A DNA stretch of 64,000 nucleotides from an uncultured Flavobacteriales bacterium (GTDB lineage: Bacteria > Bacteroidota > Bacteroidia > Palsa-965). Where the stretch lies: positions 22,729-86,728 of the forward strand of contig CAIQQJ010000131.1 in assembly GCA_903873905.1 (NCBI GenBank). Reading direction: 5' to 3'. The notes under the pieces were generated by a model. That model ran no database searches, had not been told where the DNA came from, and worked only from the letters and a program-made list of their open reading frames with translations. Position numbers and translations under genes: made by a program. The stretch's first letter is position 1. Each line of letters starts with the position of its first letter. Of this stretch, positions 18,590 to 27,130 are shown piece by piece.

Positions 18590-19968
18590 AAGACTTCAAA
18601 ACAATCATCGAACCATTCAGAATTAAAATGGTTGAACCTTTCCGTTTAACGACAGAAAAAGAAAGAACAAATTATATTAAGGATGCGCACTTCAATCCAT
18701 TCCTGCTTCATTCCGAAACGGTAATGATTGACTTCCTAACGGACAGTGGAACCTCAGCAATGAGCTCTGATCAATGGGCTGGAATTATGTTGGGCGATGA
18801 ATCTTACGCCGGCTCAAAAAGTTGGTTGAAAATGGAAAAAGTAATTCGCAATCTCACCGGATTGCAATACGTTTTTCCAACACACCAAGGAAGAGCGGCC
18901 GAAAGTATTTTATATACTTACCTCGGTGGAAAAGGAAAAGTATTTATCAGCAATACACATTTTGACACCACACGTGCGAACATTGAATTTTCAGGAGCAA
19001 CAGCAATTGATATTCCATCGCCTGATGCAAAAAATCCAGAAGATTATTTTCCTTTCAAAGGGAATATGGATGTGGAGAAACTGGAACAGTTGCTAAAGAA
19101 ATATCCTGCGGAAAAAATCGGCGGTGTAATTCTTACTGTTACCAATAATAGTGGCGGAGGACAACCGGTAAGCATGAAAAATGCGCGTGACGTAAGTAGA
19201 ATTTGCAAAAAACACAAAGTGAATTTCTTTCTTGATTGTTGCAGGATTGCTGAGAATGCCTACTTCATTCAACAGCGTGAAAAGGGATATGAAAAAGTAT
19301 CCTACAAAAAAATTGCACAAGAAATGTTTGCCTTGACAGATGGCGCAGTCATGAGTGCAAAAAAAGATGCGTTGGTAAATATGGGAGGATTCCTTGCATT
19401 GAAAAACAAAGAACTCGCTGAAGCTTGCAAAAATCTTTTGATCATCACAGAAGGTTTCACAACTTACGGTGGACTTTCTGGAAGAGACATGGAAGCAATT
19501 GCCATTGGCCTTGAAGAAGTTTTTGATGCAGATTATTTGGAATACAGAATTAGCAGCACCACTTTTCTCGGAGAGCATTTAAGAAAAATTGGAGTTCCTC
19601 TCATTTGGCCAATTGGTGGTCACGCCGTTTATATTGATGCCAAAGAATTTTACAAACATATTCCTGTCCACGAATATCCAGGACAAGCACTTGCCGTTGA
19701 ACTCTACATCAAGGGAGGAATTCGCACAGTGGAAATTGGTTCGGTTATGTTCGGGAAATATGACAAAAAAGGCAAGCTCATTCCAGCGCCGAAAGAATTA
19801 GTTAGGTTGGCTATTCCAAGAAGAGCTTATACACAAAGTCATATTGAATATGTCATTGAGGTTTTTGAAAAACTAATTGCAAATAAGGAAAATGTAAAAG
19901 GATTTAAAATAACAGAAGAACCCAAATTCCTACGACATTTCACCAGCAAATTTGCGCGTGTGAAATAA
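18586..19968 (+). CDS. beta-eliminating lyase, tyrosine phenol-lyase / tryptophanase family (PLP-dependent)
   Basis: About 461 aa from MKDFKTIIEPFRIKMVEPF (the ORF track starts 8 codons earlier). End-to-end similarity to TnaA/TPL. Several blocks (DSGTSAMSSDQWAG, GGLSGRDMEAIAIGL, GGHAVYIDA) look closer to tyrosine phenol-lyase than to E. coli tryptophanase. Confidence 0.85.
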   Translation: MKDFKTIIEPFRIKMVEPFRLTTEKERTNYIKDAHFNPFLLHSETVMIDFLTDSGTSAMSSDQWAGIMLGDESYAGSKSWLKMEKVIRNLTGLQYVFPTHQGRAAESILYTYLGGKGKVFISNTHFDTTRANIEFSGATAIDIPSPDAKNPEDYFPFKGNMDVEKLEQLLKKYPAEKIGGVILTVTNNSGGGQPVSMKNARDVSRICKKHKVNFFLDCCRIAENAYFIQQREKGYEKVSYKKIAQEMFALTDGAVMSAKKDALVNMGGFLALKNKELAEACKNLLIITEGFTTYGGLSGRDMEAIAIGLEEVFDADYLEYRISSTTFLGEHLRKIGVPLIWPIGGHAVYIDAKEFYKHIPVHEYPGQALAVELYIKGGIRTVEIGSVMFGKYDKKGKLIPAPKELVRLAIPRRAYTQSHIEYVIEVFEKLIANKENVKGFKITEEPKFLRHFTSKFARVK

Positions 19969-19987
19969 AAATAAGTGGCATATTAAT

Positions 19988-20034
19988 AAGAAACCCGAAG
20001 ATTTTTTTCTTCGGGTTTCTTATTATTTTTTTTC
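19988..20034. terminator. bidirectional rho-independent terminator between the convergent lyase and cytochrome c genes
   Basis: AAGAAACCCGAAG-loop-CTTCGGGTTTCTT stem, followed by a T-run (and an A-run on the other side). Confidence 0.75.
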
Positions 20035-20038
20035 TCAA

Positions 20039-20731
20039 TTAAATCCCTTTGGGACATAAACCCAACACTTCCTTTTTATTCCAAGAAGAACACCCAGGGA
20101 ACTTGCTGCATGTTGCGTAAATATCGCAGCTACTTTTTACGCGACTTACTTTCTTGTAGGTAGCTGCAGGAGTAAGATCAAATTTTATCCCTTGCTGTTT
20201 CAAAATGCGTTTCGCATTCCAAACTGAATACGCCACCACTACAATGAAAACAGAAAAAAATATGTACAAGTACAGCAATGGATTTTCAAAAAGCATTGCG
20301 TGTGTTTTGGGCGTGTTTGATTGGGCAATTACAGGAGGAACAGCAAGTTTTGCTTTTTCCTTTTCTGCTGCCACGGCAAGACCTGTATTGGTAATGTAGC
20401 TAAACACTGCTTTCATTTCAGGTTCCGTAAGTTTCTGATCCGGCATTGGAATTTTGAATTGATCAAACAATGCTTTTGCATCTGCATCCCCGCTTGCAAT
20501 GAAAGTGGTAGAACTTTTCACCCATTTCAAAAGCCATGCTTCAGGTCGTTTTGTTGTTACTCCTGAAAGATCTGGCCCGACCAAGCGACCTTTTCCTATT
20601 GTGTGGCAGGATCCACAATTATTTTTGAAAGTGGCTTCACCATCCTGAGCAATACCTGAAAACGGAAAAAGAAACAATAAAGCGATCACAAATGCAACAA
20701 CGTTTTTAGTCAACTTTTTTGAAAAACTCAT
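20039..20731 (-). CDS. membrane-anchored mono-heme c-type cytochrome
   Basis: 230-aa ORF. Signal peptide. CGSCH heme-binding motif. A C-terminal TM helix and a Cys-rich tail. Confidence 0.7.
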   Translation of the reverse strand: MSFSKKLTKNVVAFVIALLFLFPFSGIAQDGEATFKNNCGSCHTIGKGRLVGPDLSGVTTKRPEAWLLKWVKSSTTFIASGDADAKALFDQFKIPMPDQKLTEPEMKAVFSYITNTGLAVAAEKEKAKLAVPPVIAQSNTPKTHAMLFENPLLYLYIFFSVFIVVVAYSVWNAKRILKQQGIKFDLTPAATYKKVSRVKSSCDIYATCSKFPGCSSWNKKEVLGLCPKGI

Positions 20732-20851
20732 TTTGTTTTTTTTTGAATTGTTTTTGGAAAAACTTGAATTTATTTTTTGTGAATCTTAATTATCACCCTA
20801 ACAAATTTCAAAATATGATTTATATCAAACAATGATTCGCCTCATGCTTTT

Positions 20852-20865
20852 ATGATTTAAATCAT
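20852..20865. promoter_or_regulatory. FNR/Crp-type box ATGATTTAAATCAT (TGAT-N4-ATCA core)
   Basis: Perfect 14-bp palindrome, 127 bp upstream of the minus-strand cytochrome c start and 320 bp upstream of the narK-like gene. Confidence 0.6.
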
Positions 20866-21186
20866 TTTCTAAGCTTTACTTGCCCTTGTAAGCCCTACTA
20901 ACGTTAGCATTTCCGTTTCACAGGAAAATCAAAAAAACATTCGAATTCATTTTTTCATATTTGACAAAATAAAAATGTCCCGTTTGGTATAATTGTTTCA
21001 TCCTATCTGATGTTTTTTTCCAAAAAATGGAATTGAAAAAATCTTTGAATTGGATATCAAAACAAAAACAAATTCACAAATTTCATTTTGTTCAAAATTC
21101 CTTTTCGTTTAAAAACACAACATGCCTTCTGTCATACTTTTTCTAGCTTAGGCTTATAGCTTTGTCCTATCATTCAACTCAGCACT

Positions 21187-22671
21187 ATGGAAGTTATTGT
21201 AAGTGGTAAGTCACATCGGATGCTTTTTCTGAATACACTTGCATTTACAGTTTGTTTTGCTGTTTGGTTGTTCAATGGTGTAATGGTTACTTTCCTCGTT
21301 GACAAAGGAGTTTTTAATTGGGGACCAGTTGAAATTGGTTGGCTACTCGGAATTCCCATTCTTACAGGTTCCATTTTTCGTTTGCCGATGGGAATGCTCA
21401 CGGATAAATTTGGCGGAAAATGGGTGTTCGGAATTCTGCTTTTATTTTGTTCGATACCAATGTATTTCTTAGGAAGTGCAAATAGTTTTTGGCAATTCGC
21501 ATTGTTGAGTTTTGGTTATGGAATGGCGGGCACTGCATTTGCCGTTGGAATCGCTTTCACTTCCGTTTGGTATCCAAGAAAATGGCAAGGAACTGCGCTT
21601 GGAATTTTCGGTGCTGGAAATGCAGGAGCTGCCATTACCACTTTGCTTGCTCCAACAATTTTAGCCAAGCTTACGCATAACGGAATTGATATTGACCAAT
21701 GGCGAACACTTCCCAAAATTTACGCCGTGGCATTGCTAAGCATGGCAATTATTTTTCTCCTTTTCGCTGTAAATAAAAAGCCTGAAAATCAGGGGAAAAA
21801 TTTCAAGCAAATGCTCTTGCCTTTAAAAAGCGTTCGCGTTTGGAGATTTGGCTTAGACTACTTTTTAGTGTTCGGATGTTTCGTCGCATTTTCACAATGG
21901 CTCGTTCCTTATTTTGTAAATGTTTATGAAGCCTCACTTGTAACTGCCGGACTCTTCGCCTCCATTTTCAGTTTACCTTCTGGCTTGATTCGTGCCCTGG
22001 GAGGATTTCTGTCCGACAAAATGGGCGCAAGAAGAGTGATGCGAATTGTTTTTATTACGACAATAGCAATCAGCGCACTATTGATAATTCCAAAAATGGA
22101 AATTCAATCGCCAGGAAAAGGAATTCAGGCTGCCAAGAGTGGAACAATAACTTTTTCTTCCGACTCTTTAATCAGGGTCGGCACAAAAGATTATCAGCTT
22201 GAACAAATAAAAACAACTTCAGATAATTTTGAAAAAACATTTTCGATACTTCCTGCAAAGGATAGTTGGCAAACACCCGTGGTAAAAGTTGGTGATAGCG
22301 TAATTAAAAAACAACTTCTTGCTGAAGGCACAACAAGAATTCATTTCCAGGCTAACATGTGGGTTTATGCAATTCTTGTAATGTTCATTGGGATTGCATG
22401 GGGAATTGGAAAAGCTGGAGTTTATAAATTCATTCCTGATTATTTTCCAAATGATATTGGTGTGGTGGGTGGAATGGTTGGTGTTATTGGAGGATTGGGT
22501 GGATTCTTCTGCCCTATCATATTCGGATATTTATTGGAATGGACTGGATTATGGACAAGCTGCTGGATGTTCATTCTATTTCTCGCTCTAATTTGTTTCA
22601 TTTGGAAGAAGCGCGTGGTAAGATCAATTGATCAGGATATTGATCCAATTGTGGTGGATGACATCGATTAG
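21187..22671 (+). CDS. MFS transporter, nitrate/nitrite porter (NarK/NasA)-like
   Basis: 494-aa ORF with 12 predicted TMs and a central hydrophilic insert. GIFGAGNAGAA resembles the NNP-family signature. Confidence 0.55.
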   Translation: MEVIVSGKSHRMLFLNTLAFTVCFAVWLFNGVMVTFLVDKGVFNWGPVEIGWLLGIPILTGSIFRLPMGMLTDKFGGKWVFGILLLFCSIPMYFLGSANSFWQFALLSFGYGMAGTAFAVGIAFTSVWYPRKWQGTALGIFGAGNAGAAITTLLAPTILAKLTHNGIDIDQWRTLPKIYAVALLSMAIIFLLFAVNKKPENQGKNFKQMLLPLKSVRVWRFGLDYFLVFGCFVAFSQWLVPYFVNVYEASLVTAGLFASIFSLPSGLIRALGGFLSDKMGARRVMRIVFITTIAISALLIIPKMEIQSPGKGIQAAKSGTITFSSDSLIRVGTKDYQLEQIKTTSDNFEKTFSILPAKDSWQTPVVKVGDSVIKKQLLAEGTTRIHFQANMWVYAILVMFIGIAWGIGKAGVYKFIPDYFPNDIGVVGGMVGVIGGLGGFFCPIIFGYLLEWTGLWTSCWMFILFLALICFIWKKRVVRSIDQDIDPIVVDDID

Positions 22672-22759
22672 AATAATGGATTTTTTACCTGCAATTTTCA
22701 AGTAGAAAATCTAAAAACCCAAAACAATTTTCGAATTTTCAAAACATGACCATGGTCAC

Positions 22760-22771
22760 TGATTTAAATCA
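22760..22771. promoter_or_regulatory. FNR/Crp-type box TGATTTAAATCA
   Basis: Same palindrome as at 20852 and 33222. Lies in the intergenic region between the narK-like gene and the FeS-subunit gene. Confidence 0.55.
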
Positions 22772-23000
22772 TATTTATGGATAATTCGCGTCATTTATTA
22801 AAAACCCAAAGTGTGTCATTTTTGAATTGACATAAACGTTGATTACGTCAATAAAAAAGCCAATTCTAGTCCGTTTTTCAAAACTTGTCATTGATTATAA
22901 TTTTTACACAGTTTGACAATCTTTGAGTTTTCTGGCCTCCGTTCTTTCAATCCATCATCCTATAAGTAAATTCACCTTTTCCACTCCAAAAGCTTTCCAC

Positions 23001-23090
23001 AAAAATGATTTACATCACTGAGTAAAATCATAATCCCGTCTGATTCGAGTCATAGTTTGAAAATAATAATGTAGGGAAATTTGGTCCGTT
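23001..23090 (+). promoter_or_regulatory. conserved about 90-nt promoter/leader element, copy A
   Basis: Roughly 75-80% identical to 29987-30076: ATGAT.TA.ATCACTGAG.A.AATCAT.ATC.CGTCTG...GAaTCATAGTTTGAAAAT.AT.AT..GT.GGAAATTTG.T.CGGTT. Confidence 0.6.
23006..23017. promoter_or_regulatory. FNR/Crp-type box TGATTTACATCA at the head of conserved leader element A
   Basis: TGAT-N4-ATCA, followed about 35 nt later by CATAGTTTG (Bacteroidota -7-like TAnnTTTG motif). 213 bp upstream of the FeS-subunit gene. Confidence 0.55.
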
Positions 23091-23229
23091 GATGCCGCTC
23101 AAGTGAAAATCCAATCAAAACTCTACAGTCTTTAACAAATCGAATTCAATATTTACGCTCATTAATTATCGCAATTCCATCACCGCATAAAATCAATAAC
23201 GTTTCTACCGAAAAGTAATATTTCTAATT

Positions 23230-24204
23230 ATGGAAGATCAAAACAAAAACAATGAAGACAACAAAACTCCTGAATCGAATGAGTCAGGCAGACGCGACTT
23301 CCTGAAATTTGGAGTGCTTGCGGCTGGGCTAACTGTAGCAGGTGTTGGTCTTCAGAAAGTTTTTTCTGGCGAAAAGAATTCCGACGAAAAAGCTTCTGGT
23401 GAGAAAGTGAAAGTCCTCACCACAGATGGAAAACTCATTGAAGTATATGCTGCGGATGTCAAAAAAGCCGATGCATGTTGTGTTCCTTCAGCGGAAGCGC
23501 GTCAAGGAATACCAGGGAAGAAATTTGTAATGGTGATCGATTTATCACGTTGCAAAGACGCTTTGAAATGTCAAAAATCTTGTGAAAAACATCACCAACT
23601 TCCTGAACAGGATAAATGGTTGAAGGTTTTCAAAATGCAAGAATCAGAAGAAACAGCTCCTTACTGGATGCCAAAACCATGTTTCCATTGTGACCACCCA
23701 CCTTGTGTTAAAGTTTGTCCTGTTGATGCAACTTTTAAAAGAACAGATGGAATAGTTTTAGTTGACAATGAACGTTGCATCGGTTGCAGATTCTGCATGG
23801 CAGCTTGTCCATATTCTGCCCGTGTATTTAACTGGTCAGAACCTGTAACTCCAGCTAGACATGAAAATGACACCTATTCTCCAGAAACAAGCACCCCAAG
23901 AAAAAAAGGTACTGTTGAGAAATGTGACTTCTGTCCAGATGTAATTAGACAAGGTAAACTTCCACATTGCGTTACTGCTTGTCCAAATGGTGTTTATTAT
24001 TTCGGTGATCAAAATGAGGACACCGTTACCAATGGAGACACAACAGTTCGCTTAAGCCAATTGCTAAGAGACAAAGCTGGTTACAGATATTTGGAATCTC
24101 TTGGAACCGAACCTAGCGTTTATTATCTCCCTGCTGCCAATCGAATATTCCCATTCAAAGACAGGGAAATTAAAGATGAAAAGAAGGAAGAATCCAAAAG
24201 CTAA
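23230..24204 (+). CDS. Tat-exported 4x[4Fe-4S] ferredoxin-type subunit (NrfC/PsrB/NosG-like)
   Basis: 324-aa ORF. RRDFLKFG twin-arginine signal. Four Cys clusters (CFHCDHPPCVKVCP, CIGCRFCMAACPY, CDFC...CVTACP, plus one atypical first cluster). Confidence 0.8.
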   Translation: MEDQNKNNEDNKTPESNESGRRDFLKFGVLAAGLTVAGVGLQKVFSGEKNSDEKASGEKVKVLTTDGKLIEVYAADVKKADACCVPSAEARQGIPGKKFVMVIDLSRCKDALKCQKSCEKHHQLPEQDKWLKVFKMQESEETAPYWMPKPCFHCDHPPCVKVCPVDATFKRTDGIVLVDNERCIGCRFCMAACPYSARVFNWSEPVTPARHENDTYSPETSTPRKKGTVEKCDFCPDVIRQGKLPHCVTACPNGVYYFGDQNEDTVTNGDTTVRLSQLLRDKAGYRYLESLGTEPSVYYLPAANRIFPFKDREIKDEKKEESKS

Positions 24205-24259
24205 GGGATTAAGCTGAAGAAAAATTAATTGTCAATTAATAAATGAATAGCTCACAAAT

Positions 24260-25639
24260 ATGAAAGACATAATAAAACCAAAAGATGACGCTGAAGCAAT
24301 ACAAATGTTGCATCAGTTTAACGAGGACTTGCTGCCAAAGAAATTTGGTAAGATTGGTGTGACTTGGACCATATTTCTTTGCCTTGTAATTGCAAATGGA
24401 CTTTTTTGTTATTACAAACAATTAAAATTTGGATTGAGTGTAACTGGTTTGGGAGATCAAGTTTCCTGGGGTATTTACATTTCCAATTTCGTTTTTTTCG
24501 TAGCGGTAAGTTTAGTTGGTTCCTTGATCACAGCTGTACTTTATTTGCTTAATGTAAATTGGCGATCACCATTAACGAGGATTGCAGAAGTAATTGCAGT
24601 GGCTTGTATCGTTTTCGCTGGCCTCATTATCATTGTTGATATGGGTCGTCCTGATCGAATTCTAAATATGTTTATTTATGGTAGAATTCAGTCGCCAATT
24701 GTTTGGGATGTAATAGTTGTAATGACTTATATGACAATAAGCGTTTTACTTCTTTATTTTCCTTTACTTCCTGGAATTGCTTTTTGCAGAGACCATCTCA
24801 AAAATATTCCTAAATGGCAAAAGTGGATGTATAAGTTTCTATCGTTTGGATGGAAATGGAATCCTGAACAATTCAAAATTGTAAAAAGGGCAATTACAAT
24901 TTTATCCGTTCTTATTATTCCTGTTGCGCTTAGTATTCACACCGTTACTTCCTGGTTGTTTGCTACAACATTCCGTCCGGGTTGGGATAGTACAAATTTT
25001 GGAGCCTACTTTGTTGCAGGTGCGTTTATGGTAGGAGCAGGTGCGGTAATTGCAGCCATGTATGTCCTCATAAAATTCTACCCACGTTACGATCAGTATA
25101 TCACAGATAAACATTTTGATCGTATGGGGAAACTTCTTGTACTTCTATCCTTGGTCTATATGTATTTTACCGTTAATGAATACATGATTCCCGGTTATAA
25201 AATGAAGGGTGAAGAAGCTGCCCATCTTACAGAATTATTTGTTGGAAAATATGCGCTAATGTTTTGGTCAGTTCAAATTTTCGGAATGATCATTCCTATT
25301 ATTCTTCTTATGTTCAAAAAATTCAGACGCCCTTTCCCAATGTTTGTCATTGCGATTTGTGTAATTGTTGGAGCGTGGTTTAAACGATTCCTTATTGTTA
25401 TTCCAACATTGCTTCACCCTTTCCTACCAATGCAGGAAATATCTGAATCAGCGAAATCTTATTCTCCAACCTATCCAGAGTGGTCCATCACCTTTGCTTC
25501 ATTGGCTGGCGCATTATTGATAATCACTGTCTTTATCCGCTATTTCCCTATTATTTCAATTTGGGAAGTTGCTGAAGAAAGAGGAATTGAACACGATGTT
25601 ATTTATAAACACTTAAACGAATTAAACGAAAAAGAATGA
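24260..25639 (+). CDS. NrfD/PsrC-family polytopic membrane quinol-interacting subunit
   Basis: 459-aa ORF with about 10 TM helices and an NrfD-like profile. Directly downstream of the FeS subunit. Confidence 0.8.
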   Translation: MKDIIKPKDDAEAIQMLHQFNEDLLPKKFGKIGVTWTIFLCLVIANGLFCYYKQLKFGLSVTGLGDQVSWGIYISNFVFFVAVSLVGSLITAVLYLLNVNWRSPLTRIAEVIAVACIVFAGLIIIVDMGRPDRILNMFIYGRIQSPIVWDVIVVMTYMTISVLLLYFPLLPGIAFCRDHLKNIPKWQKWMYKFLSFGWKWNPEQFKIVKRAITILSVLIIPVALSIHTVTSWLFATTFRPGWDSTNFGAYFVAGAFMVGAGAVIAAMYVLIKFYPRYDQYITDKHFDRMGKLLVLLSLVYMYFTVNEYMIPGYKMKGEEAAHLTELFVGKYALMFWSVQIFGMIIPIILLMFKKFRRPFPMFVIAICVIVGAWFKRFLIVIPTLLHPFLPMQEISESAKSYSPTYPEWSITFASLAGALLIITVFIRYFPIISIWEVAEERGIEHDVIYKHLNELNEKE

Positions 25640-26580
25640 AAAACTATCTAACATTTCAGATGCGGATATCTTCCCTTTTTTATTCGGCATTATCTTTGTT
25701 ATTCATTGGTGTATTCGTGCTAATGAGTAATAATGTAATGGCTCAAGACAAAAAGGATACGACCAAAATGTCTATTTCCATGAACGTGAGTTATAAAATT
25801 TCAGATGGAATAAAACACGTGAAAGTTCAAGCTACGCGAAAAGAAAATAAAAAAAATGTTTCCGTAGATAATGCAACTTCCCCTGTGTCTTTATACCTGA
25901 ATGAAGTAAAAGCTACAGATCCTTCAACTGGAGACGGACTTATCAGCAAACTTTTTCTTAATGAAGAAGGAGAAGTAACCTTTGATCTCCCTGCTAATTT
26001 TAATTCGCTCACATCTGGGTTACATGAATACACTTTCATTGCCCGTATGGAAGCAGATCCAATTTATCAAGAAGCAGAAGAACAAATTACCATTGCAGAT
26101 GCAAAAATCACTGTTGAATATTCCGGCAAGGATTCCATTAAAACGGCTACTGCTACACTAATGGAATGGAAAGACAGTGCGTACGTGCCTGTTCGTGATG
26201 CTGAATTGAAACTTTTCATTAAAAGAACATTCAGTTTATATCCTATTGGCGAAGAAGGAATTACTTCTGATTCACTCGGGCAAATAACATCGGAACTTCC
26301 TTTGGATATTCCTGGTGAGGCTGATGGCACAATAATTATTGTCGGCAGTGTGATCGATCATGAAACCTACGGAACTGTTGAAACAACAAATAAAGTGAAA
26401 TGGGCTGTTCTTCCAAAAGTCAATGCTGACATGGGTCGTACGCTTTGGTCTACAGGAAAAAATGCTCCTGTTCCATTAATTATTGCTTCTTGCACGATTA
26501 TTGCAATCATTTGGGGAACGATTATTTATCTAATTTTACAGCTGTTTAAAATCAGAAAAATCGGAAAACAAAAAGTGTAG
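25636..26580 (+). CDS. hypothetical periplasmic protein with N-terminal signal/anchor and C-terminal TM helix
   Basis: 314-aa ORF. Start overlaps the NrfD stop (ATGA), so translationally coupled. No cofactor motif recognised. Confidence 0.5.
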   Translation: MKNYLTFQMRISSLFYSALSLLFIGVFVLMSNNVMAQDKKDTTKMSISMNVSYKISDGIKHVKVQATRKENKKNVSVDNATSPVSLYLNEVKATDPSTGDGLISKLFLNEEGEVTFDLPANFNSLTSGLHEYTFIARMEADPIYQEAEEQITIADAKITVEYSGKDSIKTATATLMEWKDSAYVPVRDAELKLFIKRTFSLYPIGEEGITSDSLGQITSELPLDIPGEADGTIIIVGSVIDHETYGTVETTNKVKWAVLPKVNADMGRTLWSTGKNAPVPLIIASCTIIAIIWGTIIYLILQLFKIRKIGKQKV

Positions 26581-26617
26581 TAAACAATTTAACCATCAAA
26601 CTAAAAAAAACAAAATC

Positions 26618-27058
26618 ATGAAATCAAATCAAAAATCCGCAAATTTCGCCGCAATTACATCAGTTATTATTCTGTTTGCATTTGTTGGAATGTTAAGCAT
26701 GTCATTCGTTACCATTTCTACTACTGGTGATAAAAAACCATGGGTAGTTCCTGATAAAGATAAGGCAGTGAAAAACCCTGTTGCTTCCGATGCAACATCT
26801 ATTGCAGCTGGAAAAACTTTGTACACAAAACTTTGCAAATCATGTCATGGTGCTACTGGAAAAGGTGATGGTCCAAAATCAAAAGAATTGGAAACACCAA
26901 CAGGAAGCTTTCTGGATGCAACTTTTACTGCACAAACAGATGGAGAAGTTTTCTTCAAAGTAAGAAAAGGCAGAGATGATATGCCTGGTTTCTCTAAAGA
27001 AACAGAAGCTAATGATGTTTGGAATATCATTAACTATGTTCGCTCATTGAAAAAATAA
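26618..27058 (+). CDS. membrane-anchored class I c-type cytochrome (c6/c553-like)
   Basis: 146-aa ORF. N-terminal TM. CKSCHG heme motif. Distal Met region (DDMPGF). Confidence 0.75.
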   Translation: MKSNQKSANFAAITSVIILFAFVGMLSMSFVTISTTGDKKPWVVPDKDKAVKNPVASDATSIAAGKTLYTKLCKSCHGATGKGDGPKSKELETPTGSFLDATFTAQTDGEVFFKVRKGRDDMPGFSKETEANDVWNIINYVRSLKK

Positions 27059-27130
27059 TATTCTTGACTATTTTCCGAAGTGGAAAAATTAGGGAATAAT
27101 TAATTAAAGATTTTTTAACAAACGCTATAT

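Noticed and set aside
18586-19968. Assigning the lyase firmly as tryptophanase (tnaA).
   Set aside because: Several diagnostic blocks match tyrosine phenol-lyase at least as well, and the length is intermediate. It is left as family-level.
23230-25639. Alternative complex III (ActABCDEF).
   Set aside because: In ACIII, ActB is a roughly 1000-aa fusion with a molybdopterin-like domain and ActA is a pentaheme. Here the FeS protein is only 324 aa, and no multiheme cytochrome or second NrfD-like (ActF) gene is present.
20039-27058. Clade II nitrous-oxide reductase (nos) cluster. The reason to consider it: a Tat-FeS protein plus an NrfD-like protein plus cytochromes c resemble nosG, nosH and nosC.
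   Set aside because: No nosZ (CuA/CuZ, Sec/Tat beta-propeller), nosD, nosF, nosY or nosL-like ORFs are present anywhere in the window. The FeS/NrfD pair is therefore reported only as a generic quinol dehydrogenase module.
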